A stretch of DNA of 64,000 nucleotides from Candidatus Margulisiibacteriota bacterium (GCA_009691415.1 SICP01000003.1:12442-76441), one strand, 5' to 3'; positions 1 to 12,543 are shown, counted from the stretch's first letter. Numbers and translations are program-made. The notes: generated by a model not told the origin, from the sequence alone.

Positions 1-860
1 ACGTTACTTACGGACAAGGCCTTCTTATAGATAACTATGATTCAGGAAGCTTTGGATCTTCGGAGCTTAACAACGATAAAGTGGGCATAAAGGGCTATTT
101 AGACATCCACAATATACGTGTAGATGCCTTCCATACAGCAAGTCAAGTTTTTGGCGGACGCCTCTCTTATACACTTTCAGAAACCTTTCTAATGAACAGC
201 CCTCTAGTCTTTGGCGGGAATTATATTAAAGATCAAAATGGTATCAATAAAACGATTGAATCAAACACTATTATCAGACCAGTAGAGGAAGCCTGGTCCG
301 CAGACATTAGCATGCCAATAGGAGGTGTCTTTTTTACACCTTATGTTGAATATGCAGAACTTACAAAAGGACAAACTGGCAAAGGGCAATCCTTAGGTAT
401 TAAGGGTGACTTTATTGTTGCAAACTATAAGCTTGAATATCGCAGCTTAGAAGCAGGGTTTATTCCTGGTTACTTTAATGAAAGTTACGAAGCCACTAGC
501 CTTGACGCAGCCAATACACCAAAAGACAAAACAAACGGTTTCTTAGGTGCTTTCTCTGCCTCCCTAAATGATTATATTAAGGGCGGCATTATATATGAAA
601 ACTATGCACATCATACCCCTCTATTAACAGGAGCTATCGGATGGCATAAAATTGGCAATACAACTGGCGTTGCAAACTATACCCGCTCTTTTACTGGGGA
701 TGATAATGCAATCTTAAATAGCGACATTCTTTACTCTACGGACAATGGACTGGATTATGTGGTTCACTTCAAGAGAATTTACTTTAAGAATGGCAAACAA
801 GAAGATACCTATTCAGTCAGCCTTCGTTTTGGGCTAAAGGCATTCGGCCTGCCTTTCTAA
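1..860 (+). CDS. 3' part of a hypothetical beta-rich, outer-membrane-like protein (5' end outside the window)
   Basis: The frame of the listed ORF 81..860 stays open back to base 3 (..VTYGQGLLIDNYDSGSFGSSELNNDK-VGIKGY..), so the GTG at 81 is probably internal. The protein is Gly/Tyr/Asn/Thr-rich and ends ..FGLKAFGLPF, with a terminal Phe as in OMP beta-signals. No family recognised. Confidence 0.5.
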   Translation, partial: VTYGQGLLIDNYDSGSFGSSELNNDKVGIKGYLDIHNIRVDAFHTASQVFGGRLSYTLSETFLMNSPLVFGGNYIKDQNGINKTIESNTIIRPVEEAWSADISMPIGGVFFTPYVEYAELTKGQTGKGQSLGIKGDFIVANYKLEYRSLEAGFIPGYFNESYEATSLDAANTPKDKTNGFLGAFSASLNDYIKGGIIYENYAHHTPLLTGAIGWHKIGNTTGVANYTRSFTGDDNAILNSDILYSTDNGLDYVVHFKRIYFKNGKQEDTYSVSLRFGLKAFGLPF

Positions 861-864
861 TGTC

Positions 865-2721
865 ATGACTATCACCGATTCCCCGTATGACGTCATAATC
901 ATTGGGGGGGGGCACGCCGGCATAGAGGCGGCACTAGCTGCAGCCCGCATGGGCTGCAGAACGCTCATGTTTACACTTGGTTTAGACACAATAGGTCTCA
1001 TGCCATGTAACCCCTCAATTGGGGGGCCTGCAAAGGGACAAATCGTCGGTGAAATTGATGCCCTTGGCGGCGAAATGGGCTTTGCTGCGGACCAAACTTT
1101 TATTCAAATGAAAGTACTTAACAGATCCCGCGGCCCTGCGGTGCAATGTCTTCGATCTCAAAATGACAAAGCCCTCTATAACCAGTACATGAAGAAAAAA
1201 ATACTTCATCAAGAAAATTTAGAAGTCAAACAATCTATGGTAAATGACTTTATTGTTGAAGACGGTATTATGAAGGGCGTTATTACTGATCTTGGAAAAT
1301 CTTACTTTAGCAAAACGGTCGTTATTACTACGGGCACGTTTTTAAAGGGGAAAATACATATTGGGATGCATAACCATTCTGCAGGTCGGTCAGGAGAAGC
1401 TAGCGCAGAATCTTTGTCTCAAAGTCTCGCAAACCTTGGCTTTAAGTTAGGGAGATTAAAAACAGGCACGCCCCCACGTCTTGATGATCGCTCGATAGAT
1501 TACTCAAAAATGACTCTACAGCCAGGAGATCCTCAGTTTTTACACTTCTCTTTCAGAACTACTTACAACGAGCGATTCAAAGATCAGATTCCTTGTCACC
1601 TGACACAAACTTGTCCCGCCACGCATCAAATTATTTTAAATAATTTAGATCGGTCACCCATGTTTCAAAAAGTTATAAAAGGAACAGGCGCACGATATTG
1701 CCCCTCGATTGAAGACAAAGTCTTTCGATTTTCAGATAAGGCCAGCCATCAAATTTTTATTGAGCCAGAAGGCCTTAATACTATTGAACGGTATCCCCAA
1801 GGACTTAACACTTCTCTACCTGAAGATGTACAAGAAGCCTTTTTAAGAACTATTCCTGGGCTAGAAAATGTACATATTCTGAAGTCTGGTTACGCGGTTG
1901 AATATGACTTTGTATTCCCAAGTCAACTACGAGCAACACTTGAAACTAAATTGATTAAAAACTTATTTCTGGCAGGTCAATTAAATGGAACCTCTGGATA
2001 CGAAGAGGCTGCAGGACAAGGTATTATTGCAGGTATCAACGCAGGCTGCCGTGCAAAAAGCCTTCCAGAATTTATCTTAAAAAGAGAAGAGTCTTTTATC
2101 GGCACTATGATTGATGATTTGATTACAAAAAATGTTCACGAGCCCTATCGTATGATGACCTCTCGTTCTGAGTTTCGCCTTTTACTTCGACAAGATAATG
2201 CGACGACACGCCTCAGCGAAAAAGCATATCAAATCGGCCTGATCACTCAGGACCAAATAAACTTTATAAGAACACAACGAAATCAAGTAGACGCGTATCT
2301 GGCTCACTGGAAAAGCACGTCCATCAGCGCCGATATGGCTGATAAATTAGGCCTAAAACAACGTATGCCCTTCCAGCAACTTCTAAAGCGTCCAGAATTT
2401 GATTTTAAGACCCTGCTTGATCTCGGCCTCCTTTTGGAAACCGAAAAAGAACTCGCCGAACGCGCCCTAGTAGAAATAAAATATGCGGGCTATCTTGAAA
2501 AGCAAAAAAACGAAATTGAAAAAATTACTTCTTATGAAAACAAACCTATTCCCCCTACTCTAGATTTCAATAAAATCTTGGGACTCAAGAAAGAAAGCCG
2601 TGAAAAATTTCAAAGCCTTAGACCTAGTACCATTTATGAAGCAAAAAAAATTGCAGGCATCAACCCTGCTGATATTATGATTCTTATTGTTCATCTAGAA
2701 AAAAAAGGTCACCGCACATAA
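865..2721 (+). CDS. mnmG: tRNA uridine 5-carboxymethylaminomethyl modification enzyme MnmG (GidA)
   Basis: 618 aa. N-terminal FAD motif DVIIIGGGHAGIEAA and GARYCPSIEDK motif. Full-length MnmG-like layout, followed directly by rsmG as in many bacteria. Confidence 0.97.
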   Translation: MTITDSPYDVIIIGGGHAGIEAALAAARMGCRTLMFTLGLDTIGLMPCNPSIGGPAKGQIVGEIDALGGEMGFAADQTFIQMKVLNRSRGPAVQCLRSQNDKALYNQYMKKKILHQENLEVKQSMVNDFIVEDGIMKGVITDLGKSYFSKTVVITTGTFLKGKIHIGMHNHSAGRSGEASAESLSQSLANLGFKLGRLKTGTPPRLDDRSIDYSKMTLQPGDPQFLHFSFRTTYNERFKDQIPCHLTQTCPATHQIILNNLDRSPMFQKVIKGTGARYCPSIEDKVFRFSDKASHQIFIEPEGLNTIERYPQGLNTSLPEDVQEAFLRTIPGLENVHILKSGYAVEYDFVFPSQLRATLETKLIKNLFLAGQLNGTSGYEEAAGQGIIAGINAGCRAKSLPEFILKREESFIGTMIDDLITKNVHEPYRMMTSRSEFRLLLRQDNATTRLSEKAYQIGLITQDQINFIRTQRNQVDAYLAHWKSTSISADMADKLGLKQRMPFQQLLKRPEFDFKTLLDLGLLLETEKELAERALVEIKYAGYLEKQKNEIEKITSYENKPIPPTLDFNKILGLKKESREKFQSLRPSTIYEAKKIAGINPADIMILIVHLEKKGHRT

Positions 2722-2723
2722 TC

Positions 2724-3290
2724 ATGGACACACTAACGCCTCAACAACAAAGGCTGATTACCACCTATATTACGCTTCTCAAAGAGTACAACGAACAGAC
2801 AAACATTTACTCCAAGAAGGCCTACGAACATCTTGATTTTCATATTCAAGATTGTATAACTCTCTCAATATTAATTTCAAAAAAAGCTAAAACATTGGTA
2901 GATATGGGTTCTGGGTCAGGCCTACCCTCTATTATCCTTTCTATTGCTCGTCCGGACCTAACTATCACCGCAATTGAGTCAAAAGGCAGAAAAACTAGAT
3001 TTCTTCAGCACGTACAAGAAACACTTTCTCTTTCCAATCTCACAGTTCTTCAAGACGATATTCTGCACTACGCCCATCAAACAAAGAGTCGACCTGACAT
3101 TATTACTGCAAAAGCTTTCGCACCTTATGACAAAGCCATTGAAATGGCTCAGAAGCTAGCGAGACAGGGAACCGCACTATGGATACCCATTAGCGAAATT
3201 CAATATACAGCACTAAGCGCGCTTAAGGAGACCTCTTTTACTCTGAAGAGCACACAGGATAATTTCTTTTATTTACACTGGATCAAGTAA
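2724..3290 (+). CDS. rsmG: 16S rRNA (guanine527-N7)-methyltransferase RsmG (GidB)
   Basis: 188 aa. SAM-binding motif VDMGSGSGLPSI. Classic position 2 nt after the mnmG stop. Confidence 0.9.
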   Translation: MDTLTPQQQRLITTYITLLKEYNEQTNIYSKKAYEHLDFHIQDCITLSILISKKAKTLVDMGSGSGLPSIILSIARPDLTITAIESKGRKTRFLQHVQETLSLSNLTVLQDDILHYAHQTKSRPDIITAKAFAPYDKAIEMAQKLARQGTALWIPISEIQYTALSALKETSFTLKSTQDNFFYLHWIK

Positions 3291-3316
3291 ATTGTTTCAC
3301 GTGAAACAATTTACTT
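3285..3316. repeat. 32-bp perfect palindrome (AAGTAAATTGTTTCAC|GTGAAACAATTTACTT) containing a consensus parS
   Basis: Read directly: the reverse complement of 3285..3300 equals 3301..3316. It covers the rsmG stop codon and ends 1 nt before the parB stop codon, in the convergent gene gap. Confidence 0.95.
3293..3308. promoter_or_regulatory. parS: parS centromere-like site, 16/16 match to TGTTTCACGTGAAACA
   Basis: Exact match to the widely conserved ParB-binding palindrome. It lies immediately next to the parB-parA operon. Confidence 0.85.
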
Positions 3317-3317
3317 A

Positions 3318-4181
3318 TTAAGAACGATAGACTGTCGTAAGCGCTTGGTACAAGGCCCTTAGCTCTGCCTGTGAGCTAAATTTAATCTCAACCTTTCCAC
3401 CTCTACGCCCAGGCTTGATTTTAAAGGGCATTTTGAATTTATCGGTCAATTGAGATTCCATTTGACCAAACAATCCAAGCTGTCGATCAGAAACCTCTAC
3501 AGATTTTGATGACTTTGGAGATGATCCCGCTATAATTTTCTCTAGCTCCCGCACGTTAACCTGATTCTCTCGAAGCTTTTGAAATTGGCTCAGAATATCT
3601 ACTTCGGCCTCCAAACTCAATAACGACCTAGCATGTCCTTCCGACAAACTTCCATCATTTAATGCCCGCTGTACCAACTCAGGAAGCTTGAGCAGTCTCA
3701 ATTTATTGGTTACCGCCGACCTACTCTTACTAAACATTTCTGCTAACGCCTGATGCGTCATTTCAAATTCACCCATAAGTCGCTGATAACCTTTCGCTTC
3801 TTCTATCGGCGTCAAATTTTCTCGCTCAAGGTTTTCAATAAGCGCAATCTTAAGAGACTCTCTGTCGCTCATATCTTTAACAATTGCAGGAATAACCTCT
3901 AGCCCAACCAACAGACAAGCCCTATAACGTCTCTCTCCCGCTATTAACTCATACCCAATATCACTTCGCCTTACAAGAACAGGCTGAGCAAGCCCATGCT
4001 GTTTGATGGACTCTGACAGGGAGCGCAATGCATCCGCATCAAAATGAAGTCTTGGCTGAAACGCATTTGGCTTAATCTCGGTAATCGGTATGTTTATAAC
4101 TGTCTTTCCAGATGCCAAAAACGACTTTGGTATTAGGGCCTCAAGCCCCTTACCCAATCTGGGCTTAATACTACTAGACAC
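3318..4181 (-). CDS. parB: chromosome partitioning protein ParB (Spo0J)
   Basis: 287 aa. ParB-box motifs GERRYRA and LIENLERENLTPIEEA, plus an HTH region. Overlaps parA by 8 nt. Confidence 0.95.
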   Translation of the reverse strand: MSSSIKPRLGKGLEALIPKSFLASGKTVINIPITEIKPNAFQPRLHFDADALRSLSESIKQHGLAQPVLVRRSDIGYELIAGERRYRACLLVGLEVIPAIVKDMSDRESLKIALIENLERENLTPIEEAKGYQRLMGEFEMTHQALAEMFSKSRSAVTNKLRLLKLPELVQRALNDGSLSEGHARSLLSLEAEVDILSQFQKLRENQVNVRELEKIIAGSSPKSSKSVEVSDRQLGLFGQMESQLTDKFKMPFKIKPGRRGGKVEIKFSSQAELRALYQALTTVYRS

Positions 4182-4938
4182 GGATCATCACCTCTTTTGC
4201 TAAATTTAAGTAGGCCAAAGCCCCTGCAGAATCTGGACTGTATAAGGTAATCGGTATTCCGTGACTTGGCGCCTCTGTCAAACGCACATTACGCGGAATA
4301 ATAGTATCAAATACCAGCCCCTTGAAAAACCGCCTCGCATTCTCCACAACCTGCTTATTGAGGGTGGTTCTCTTGTCATACATCGTCAATACAATGCCCG
4401 ATATCTCTAATTCAGGATTCAGAGATTCCTTTACTAAGGTCAGAGTACTCACCAAACCCGCAATTCCTTCTAATGCAAAATATTCGCACTGCACAGGAAT
4501 AATCGCTCTATCAGAAGCCACCAAAGCATTTAAAGTCAGCAATCCCAAAGAAGGAGGGCAATCAATAACAATATAATCGTAAAAACTACTCGCCTCTTCC
4601 AACTGCTTTTTTAGCAATGTTTCACGTGAAACCATCCCAACCATTTCAACCTCAGCTCCCGCGAGGTCTTTGCTAGAAGGAATAACATGAAGATTTTCAA
4701 AGGGAGTGGGATAAAGAACCTCTGATATAGAAACGCCATCTATCAAGAAATCATAGATATTCTTATCAATTTTTTCTGGTCTTAATCCAATGCCAGACGT
4801 AGCATTTGCCTGTGGATCCAAATCTATTAGTAATACCTTTCTATTATGATCACTTAGGTATGAGGCTAGGTTGATTGCGGTTGTTGTTTTCCCAACCCCG
4901 CCCTTTTGATTAACAATAGATAGAGTAATAGCCTTCAT
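4174..4938 (-). CDS. parA: chromosome partitioning ATPase ParA (Soj)
   Basis: 254 aa. Deviant Walker A NQKGGVGKTTT and DCPPSLG motif. Lies upstream of parB in the same operon. Confidence 0.95.
   Translation of the reverse strand: MKAITLSIVNQKGGVGKTTTAINLASYLSDHNRKVLLIDLDPQANATSGIGLRPEKIDKNIYDFLIDGVSISEVLYPTPFENLHVIPSSKDLAGAEVEMVGMVSRETLLKKQLEEASSFYDYIVIDCPPSLGLLTLNALVASDRAIIPVQCEYFALEGIAGLVSTLTLVKESLNPELEISGIVLTMYDKRTTLNKQVVENARRFFKGLVFDTIIPRNVRLTEAPSHGIPITLYSPDSAGALAYLNLAKEVMIRV
4618..4633. promoter_or_regulatory. parS: parS-like site TGTTTCACGTGAAACC (15/16) inside parA
   Basis: The 14-bp palindromic core GTTTCACGTGAAAC is perfect. It is embedded in the parA coding sequence (peptide ..MVSRETL..). 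Intragenic parS sites are known in other bacteria. Confidence 0.7.
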
Positions 4939-5027
4939 GAGAGGAGATTATAGCATTCTTTTTCTATAAGAGGAGGGCGATTTTTACTTCTATACACCCC
5001 CTTCTTCTGCTATACTTCCACTTAATT

Positions 5028-5738
5028 ATGAATAAAGTTTTGAGTGGGATCGAAGGATTAGATAAACTTTTATTTGGGGGCTTTCCAAAAGGAAGAGCCT
5101 ACCTAATTTCTGGCGAACCCGGAACTGGCAAAACGATCTTTACCTTACAATTTCTTCTAGAGGGAGCTCGTCTTGGCGAAAAAGGGATTTTTGTCACCAT
5201 AGATGAAAAACCCGAACATATTATCGCCGATATGGAAGCTCTAGGATGGAATGTGCGAGACTATCTAGAAAATGGGATTTTGCAAATCCTGGATGTCACC
5301 TCATACTTTAGTCATACTGAACTCTCAGCGAAAGAGGGCCTTGATGTCCATCATATTACGGAAGACATCTTGGCGTTTGTTAAGAAATCTGGCGCCACAC
5401 GTCTGGCCATAGACCCTATTGCACCCCTAGTTTTTGCAGAAAAAGCCCTTCCAGAAATAACAGACTACATTCGACAACTCATTTTTTCCTTAGAAGACAG
5501 TGGAGATCTAACCACATTACTCACCTCCTACGTTCCCGTTGGATCTGATCGCATGAGTCAACATGGCGTCGAAGAATTTGCAGCCTCAGGAATCGTACTG
5601 CTTCGACTTACCAAAATACAAAACAAGCCCATCAGAACTCTTCTTGTTCGAAAAATGAGGGGCACCCGCATTGAACTCTCGGAATACAGCTTCGAAATTT
5701 TGCCTCAACGAGGCATCGTCTTGAGGCAACCTATTTAA
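5028..5738 (+). CDS. KaiC-like / RecA-superfamily single-domain ATPase
   Basis: 236 aa. GIEGLDKLLFGGFPKGRAYLISGEPGTGKT (Walker A), FVTIDEKPE and a Walker-B-like ATRLAIDPI, as in COG0467 KaiC/RAD55-type ATPases. Confidence 0.8.
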   Translation: MNKVLSGIEGLDKLLFGGFPKGRAYLISGEPGTGKTIFTLQFLLEGARLGEKGIFVTIDEKPEHIIADMEALGWNVRDYLENGILQILDVTSYFSHTELSAKEGLDVHHITEDILAFVKKSGATRLAIDPIAPLVFAEKALPEITDYIRQLIFSLEDSGDLTTLLTSYVPVGSDRMSQHGVEEFAASGIVLLRLTKIQNKPIRTLLVRKMRGTRIELSEYSFEILPQRGIVLRQPI

Positions 5739-5741
5739 CGC

Positions 5742-8168
<2,427 letters not shown>

Positions 8169-8211
8169 TTAGAATATTGCCCCACCTTAACGTGTATTTT
8201 GGGCGTCTGGA

Positions 8212-9201
8212 TTATATCAGACGGCTATGGGCAAGGCAAAGTTTTTGTAATTCGGGAATATCTTGGTGCGCTCGGACAATTCCGATTAATGGGGGATGAT
8301 AATGAACTAGTTTTTCATAGCTCTCTAAAGATATTCCGCCAATGGCCACATAGGGAATTTTGAGTTTAGTCGCTGCGTTTAAGTAGTCGAATCCAATACC
8401 CTCTCTCCCAGGTTTTGAAGGGGTTTCCCAAATGGGACCTACACTCACGTAATCAGCGCCTTCGGCCTTGGCTTGGAGGCCTTGTTCAAATGAGTGCGTG
8501 GTTTTCCCGATTATTTTATGTGGGCCTAAGAGTAGTCGCTGGTCTTCGACCGAAAGGTCATCTTGTCCGCTGTGAAAGCCATCTGCGTCAATAAGCTGAG
8601 CGACGTCAATATGGTCATTAATAATGAGTGGAGTTTGATAAGCTTTTGTTAGCTCTTTGAGATACCGCGCCTTTTGAATAAAGTCTTGCTTGTTGCCTTC
8701 TTTGTCACGAAGCTGAATGAGGGACACATTCCATTTTAACCCTTGTTCTAGTATGTCTACATCATGTGAAATGAGGTATATACCGGGCTTAATCGTGGGC
8801 TTAAGGTGGTAGAGAAAAATTTCTTTTTCAATCATATAGATTTCGTAACGAAGTTGGTTATAAAGAGGCTCTCCCGTGTATTCTTCTAGGACGCGAAGAC
8901 CTTCTTCTACACGCTTGAAATTTGCTTTAAGCAGATGTGCGATATCTTGACGCTTTTGTGGCACTTCTGCGGCTCTTACATCTTGAGAGACGTTTCTAAT
9001 CATGAGATTTTGAATGGGATTTTTTTCGGATAGATTTATTTTTTTTCTTATTACGCTTAATTGTTGGGTGATGATTTCGTGTTGGACGATAAATCGTGTG
9101 TACTCTTCGATAACTCGAAGGCCTTCTGCTATACGATTAATGTTGGCATCTATTATTTGTGGGTACATAGGAGGTCTTCTTTGATGAGGTTGGCGATGCA
9201 C
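8212..9201 (-). CDS. thiE: thiamine-phosphate synthase, long form with an N-terminal extension of about 130 aa
   Basis: C-terminal 200 aa are ThiE-like (DGFHSGQDD, VSVGPIWETPSKPG, AIGGI). The N-terminal part contains an internal duplication (NINRIAEGLRVIEEYTRF / NFKRVEEGLRVLEEYTG), as I recall for cyanobacterial-type long ThiE. The start is uncertain; an alternative ATG lies at 9168. Confidence 0.8.
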   Translation of the reverse strand: MHRQPHQRRPPMYPQIIDANINRIAEGLRVIEEYTRFIVQHEIITQQLSVIRKKINLSEKNPIQNLMIRNVSQDVRAAEVPQKRQDIAHLLKANFKRVEEGLRVLEEYTGEPLYNQLRYEIYMIEKEIFLYHLKPTIKPGIYLISHDVDILEQGLKWNVSLIQLRDKEGNKQDFIQKARYLKELTKAYQTPLIINDHIDVAQLIDADGFHSGQDDLSVEDQRLLLGPHKIIGKTTHSFEQGLQAKAEGADYVSVGPIWETPSKPGREGIGFDYLNAATKLKIPYVAIGGISLESYEKLVHYHPPLIGIVRAHQDIPELQKLCLAHSRLI

Positions 9202-10283
9202 TCTCTGGCATTTTTATGAAAGGGCTCTTTCTCTGTTGGGAAAGGGGATTCTATGGATTGTATGATGCGTTCAAAAGTTAGCATGCTTTCTGGAATCCAT
9301 TTTCCTTGGCCCTGTTTTATAAAGGCCTGTGCATTAGATACCTGATGATTGTCTTTGGCGAGTGGATAGGGAATCAGTATTGCTTTTTTATTAAAATAAA
9401 GCAGCTCTGCTAAAGTTGTAGCTCCTGCTCTTGAGACAACCCATGTAACGTTTTCATAAAGCCAATCCATTTTTTCAAAATAGGGCATTAAGATTATTTT
9501 AATATCACCTTTGCTATTTTTTATGAGGCAGCCTTCTGGCATGATGTTGATTTGAGATTTGGGTATTTTTTTATATTGATTTTTGATGCCGTCAAATTCA
9601 TTTTTGCCCGTTATGTGGATAAGACACATTTGGGAATTTACAAAATGGGCATGGTGCTCAAAAAATAGGGTGTTTAGACTTTTTGCGCCTTGGCTTCCTC
9701 CAAAAACTAAGAGAGTTGGAAATTGAGGTCTCCAGATTTCTTTTATCCACTTAAATTGTGGGTCTTCTAAAAAAATTTTTCTGACAGGATTCCCGGTGAC
9801 TATTAGTTTTTGAGTTTTAAAAAAAGAACGACTTTCTTCAAAGGTTAGGCAAGTGAGTGTTGCTAAGTAAGACAGGGCACGATTGACGCGACCAGGAATT
9901 ACGTTTTGCTCTAAGAGAAAAATGGGTAGCCTATATGTTGCCGCAGCTAAGACCACTGGTAATGTTAAGTATCCTCCTGAGCTGATGAGGCAAGTTACTT
10001 TTTCTTGCTTTAAAATTTTTCTGGCCTGGCAAAATCCTGTGATTATTTTGAAGATACTTTTATTGGAAGCGGTTATGGATTTAAAGTGATATCCATAGCG
10101 AGGAATGATGTGACTATCTTCTCGATTTTCTGAGCCTATAAAGATACACTCTGTGTCAGATAATTCCTGAGCAACAGCAATGATAGGATAGACATGTCCG
10201 CCTGTACCCCCACAGGTATAGGCACGCTTACTCAGCTGTTTTTTCACGGACTTTTTTTCTGGAAATGTTAAGAATAACACCAC
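9153..10283 (-). CDS. murG: UDP-N-acetylglucosamine--N-acetylmuramyl-(pentapeptide) pyrophosphoryl-undecaprenol GlcNAc transferase
   Basis: N-terminal GGTGGHVYP motif and GT-B fold pattern. In the dcw position after ftsW. The real start may be the GTG at 10247 (VKKQLSKRAYTCGGTGGH). Confidence 0.9.
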   Translation of the reverse strand: MVLFLTFPEKKSVKKQLSKRAYTCGGTGGHVYPIIAVAQELSDTECIFIGSENREDSHIIPRYGYHFKSITASNKSIFKIITGFCQARKILKQEKVTCLISSGGYLTLPVVLAAATYRLPIFLLEQNVIPGRVNRALSYLATLTCLTFEESRSFFKTQKLIVTGNPVRKIFLEDPQFKWIKEIWRPQFPTLLVFGGSQGAKSLNTLFFEHHAHFVNSQMCLIHITGKNEFDGIKNQYKKIPKSQINIMPEGCLIKNSKGDIKIILMPYFEKMDWLYENVTWVVSRAGATTLAELLYFNKKAILIPYPLAKDNHQVSNAQAFIKQGQGKWIPESMLTFERIIQSIESPFPTEKEPFHKNARECIANLIKEDLLCTHK

Positions 10284-11346
10284 TATAAAAGAGAGACGTT
10301 ATCAGTGCGGTTCCGCCAAAACTAATAAAGGTCAAAGGGATTCCCGTAACAGGTAGAACGCCAATAACGCTCCCCACATTGATAACGGCCTGGATAACAA
10401 GCAGCATGGTTAATCCATTAGCGAGATAAAACGAGAAAGGAGTGACTGCTTCTTGGGCAATTTTGCAGCCTCTGTAAAAAAGAAAGGCAAAGATTAGAAG
10501 CACTGATGTTCCTAGTAAAAAACCGCCCTCTTCGCAAACTATTGAAAAAATAAAATCGGCGTAATGCAGGGGAAGATAGGTGAATTTAAGCTTGCTTTGG
10601 CCAAGTCCTAACCCCCAAAACCCTCCTGAGCCAATTGCAATAAATGATTGTATGACGTGATAACTTTGGCCTAAGGGATCGTCCCACGGAGATAAAAAAG
10701 TTTCGATACGTTTCATTTGATAGGGATGCAAAAGAATGTTGACAACTCCTAAGCTAAACGCGGTTCCTAGTAGTGTGCAAAACTGTACGATGCGCGTTCC
10801 ACTCATGAACAACAAGACCATTACGGTTCCCATCGTTAGAATAATATTTCCAAAGTCGGGCTGTTTCGCGAGAATTAAAACGGGAATAGCCAGCATCATA
10901 AAAAGAGGAAACATCCCTTTGAAAAAACGGACAACATTTTTCCCTTTATTTTCTAAATACATTGCCGCAAAAACGATCATAAAAAATTTAGCAAATTCTA
11001 CTGGCTGAATACGTATAAACCCTAAATTTAGCCATCGTGAAGCCCCATTTATTCTGACACCAAGATGTGGAACCAGTGTCATCGCAAGTAAAATAATCGA
11101 GATAACAAGGCCTGGCATTGCCATTTTTTTGTATTGCTGATGGGGAAGTTTCATTGCAAAAAATAGCCCCATAAATCCGATAATAAGATACGCAAAGTGA
11201 CGTTTAATAAAGTAGTACCCATCGTTGAAATTAGACATTCCCATAGTTGGGCTCGTGGAAAAAATCATGATGATCCCTAACGAGACCAATGTGATGATGA
11301 TTCCAAGGAAGACCCAGTCTGGTTTACCGACTTTAATTTTCATCAA
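10228..11346 (-). CDS. ftsW: SEDS-family peptidoglycan glycosyltransferase FtsW
   Basis: 372 aa polytopic membrane protein of the FtsW/RodA family, located between murD and murG. Confidence 0.88.
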   Translation of the reverse strand: MMKIKVGKPDWVFLGIIITLVSLGIIMIFSTSPTMGMSNFNDGYYFIKRHFAYLIIGFMGLFFAMKLPHQQYKKMAMPGLVISIILLAMTLVPHLGVRINGASRWLNLGFIRIQPVEFAKFFMIVFAAMYLENKGKNVVRFFKGMFPLFMMLAIPVLILAKQPDFGNIILTMGTVMVLLFMSGTRIVQFCTLLGTAFSLGVVNILLHPYQMKRIETFLSPWDDPLGQSYHVIQSFIAIGSGGFWGLGLGQSKLKFTYLPLHYADFIFSIVCEEGGFLLGTSVLLIFAFLFYRGCKIAQEAVTPFSFYLANGLTMLLVIQAVINVGSVIGVLPVTGIPLTFISFGGTALITSLFYSGVILNISRKKVREKTAE

Positions 11347-12539
11347 TTTCTCCGATGTTTTTGTGATAATGCTAGCACGGTCTTCTTAAATTCTTGTCCG
11401 CGATGTTCATAATTATTAAACTGATCAAAGCTGGAGCAAGCAGGGGAGAAAAGTATGATGTCTTTCTTCTGGGTGTGTTGACTGATTTGTAAGAGCGAAT
11501 CCGTTATGGTATCTGCTTTGTAGAGCGGGAAGTGGGGGCTTATTTTTTTTGATACCGAGATAAATCTAGCGGTGATGGCTCCAAAGACTGTAATGCTTTT
11601 TACTTTTTCATGAAGTTGACGAATAAATGCCTCTAACTCTAGGCCTTTATCATACCCACAGATAATCAGATGTATAGGATCATAAAATGCGTTAACGGCT
11701 TTCAATGTTGAATCGGGATTGGTCGCTTTGGAGTCGTTGTAAACCGGGCAGAAAAAGAGATCTGCAATGTATTCAATGCGATGTTCTAGGCCTTTGAATG
11801 TTTGCATTTTGGAGAGGATTTTTGTATCTGAAAGACCTAAAAGTCTGGCTGCTTTTAGGACTGAGAGGGCATTGGACTGGTTATGCGGACCTGGAATGGG
11901 AAGGTTGTTTAATAATGCGGCGTCCGGATCTTGAAGGGAGTAAGGGACTTGTTGAGAAAGGCTGGTAGAGATGAGAGGCTTGAGATTAACTTCGTCTTGG
12001 TTATAGATAAGGTAGTCCGAGGCGGTTTGATTATGGAAAATTTTGGCCTTTGCTTCTGCATAGGCGTGCATGGTTTTGTGACGTTCGATATGGTCTTCTG
12101 TGAGGTTTAGAAAAATGGCGATGTGAGGGTAGAAAGTGCTGCATTGTTCGAGCTGATAACTACTGAGCTCAAGAGCGATTGGCGCGCCTTTTTTTAGTAT
12201 TCCTACATAGGTGATTAGCGGGACACCGATATTGCCGGCCAGAGGACAATCAAGCACATGTGCTAAGAGTGCGGTGACGGTACTTTTGCCATTGGTTCCA
12301 GTAATACCTATGAGCGTTGGGGGGGTATCCGTTTCTTTAAACAGTCTGTATGCAAACTCGATTTCAGAAATAATTTCGCAGGAGACGTTGGGATATTGAT
12401 GGGGAGGTATGCCAGGACTTGTAACGATAAGGTCTGCCGCATCAACCGTTGTTTCTTGAATGTGAAGTTGGTTTAATTTCTCTCTTACCGCTTTGGCTGT
12501 TATGCCGTCACCAAGAATGGCTATTTTTTGTGTGTGCAT
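11343..12539 (-). CDS. murD: UDP-N-acetylmuramoylalanine--D-glutamate ligase
   Basis: 398 aa. Mur ligase P-loop GITGTNGKST. In the dcw position between mraY and ftsW, with a 4-nt overlap with ftsW. Confidence 0.9.
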   Translation of the reverse strand: MHTQKIAILGDGITAKAVREKLNQLHIQETTVDAADLIVTSPGIPPHQYPNVSCEIISEIEFAYRLFKETDTPPTLIGITGTNGKSTVTALLAHVLDCPLAGNIGVPLITYVGILKKGAPIALELSSYQLEQCSTFYPHIAIFLNLTEDHIERHKTMHAYAEAKAKIFHNQTASDYLIYNQDEVNLKPLISTSLSQQVPYSLQDPDAALLNNLPIPGPHNQSNALSVLKAARLLGLSDTKILSKMQTFKGLEHRIEYIADLFFCPVYNDSKATNPDSTLKAVNAFYDPIHLIICGYDKGLELEAFIRQLHEKVKSITVFGAITARFISVSKKISPHFPLYKADTITDSLLQISQHTQKKDIILFSPACSSFDQFNNYEHRGQEFKKTVLALSQKHRRN

Positions 12540-12543
12540 GGGA

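Noticed and set aside
904-912. Run of nine G in mnmG as a possible slipped-strand phase-variation tract
   Set aside because: It encodes the invariant Gly-Gly-Gly of the FAD-binding motif (IIIGGGHAG) in an essential housekeeping gene, and the frame is intact. There is no reason to invoke phase variation.
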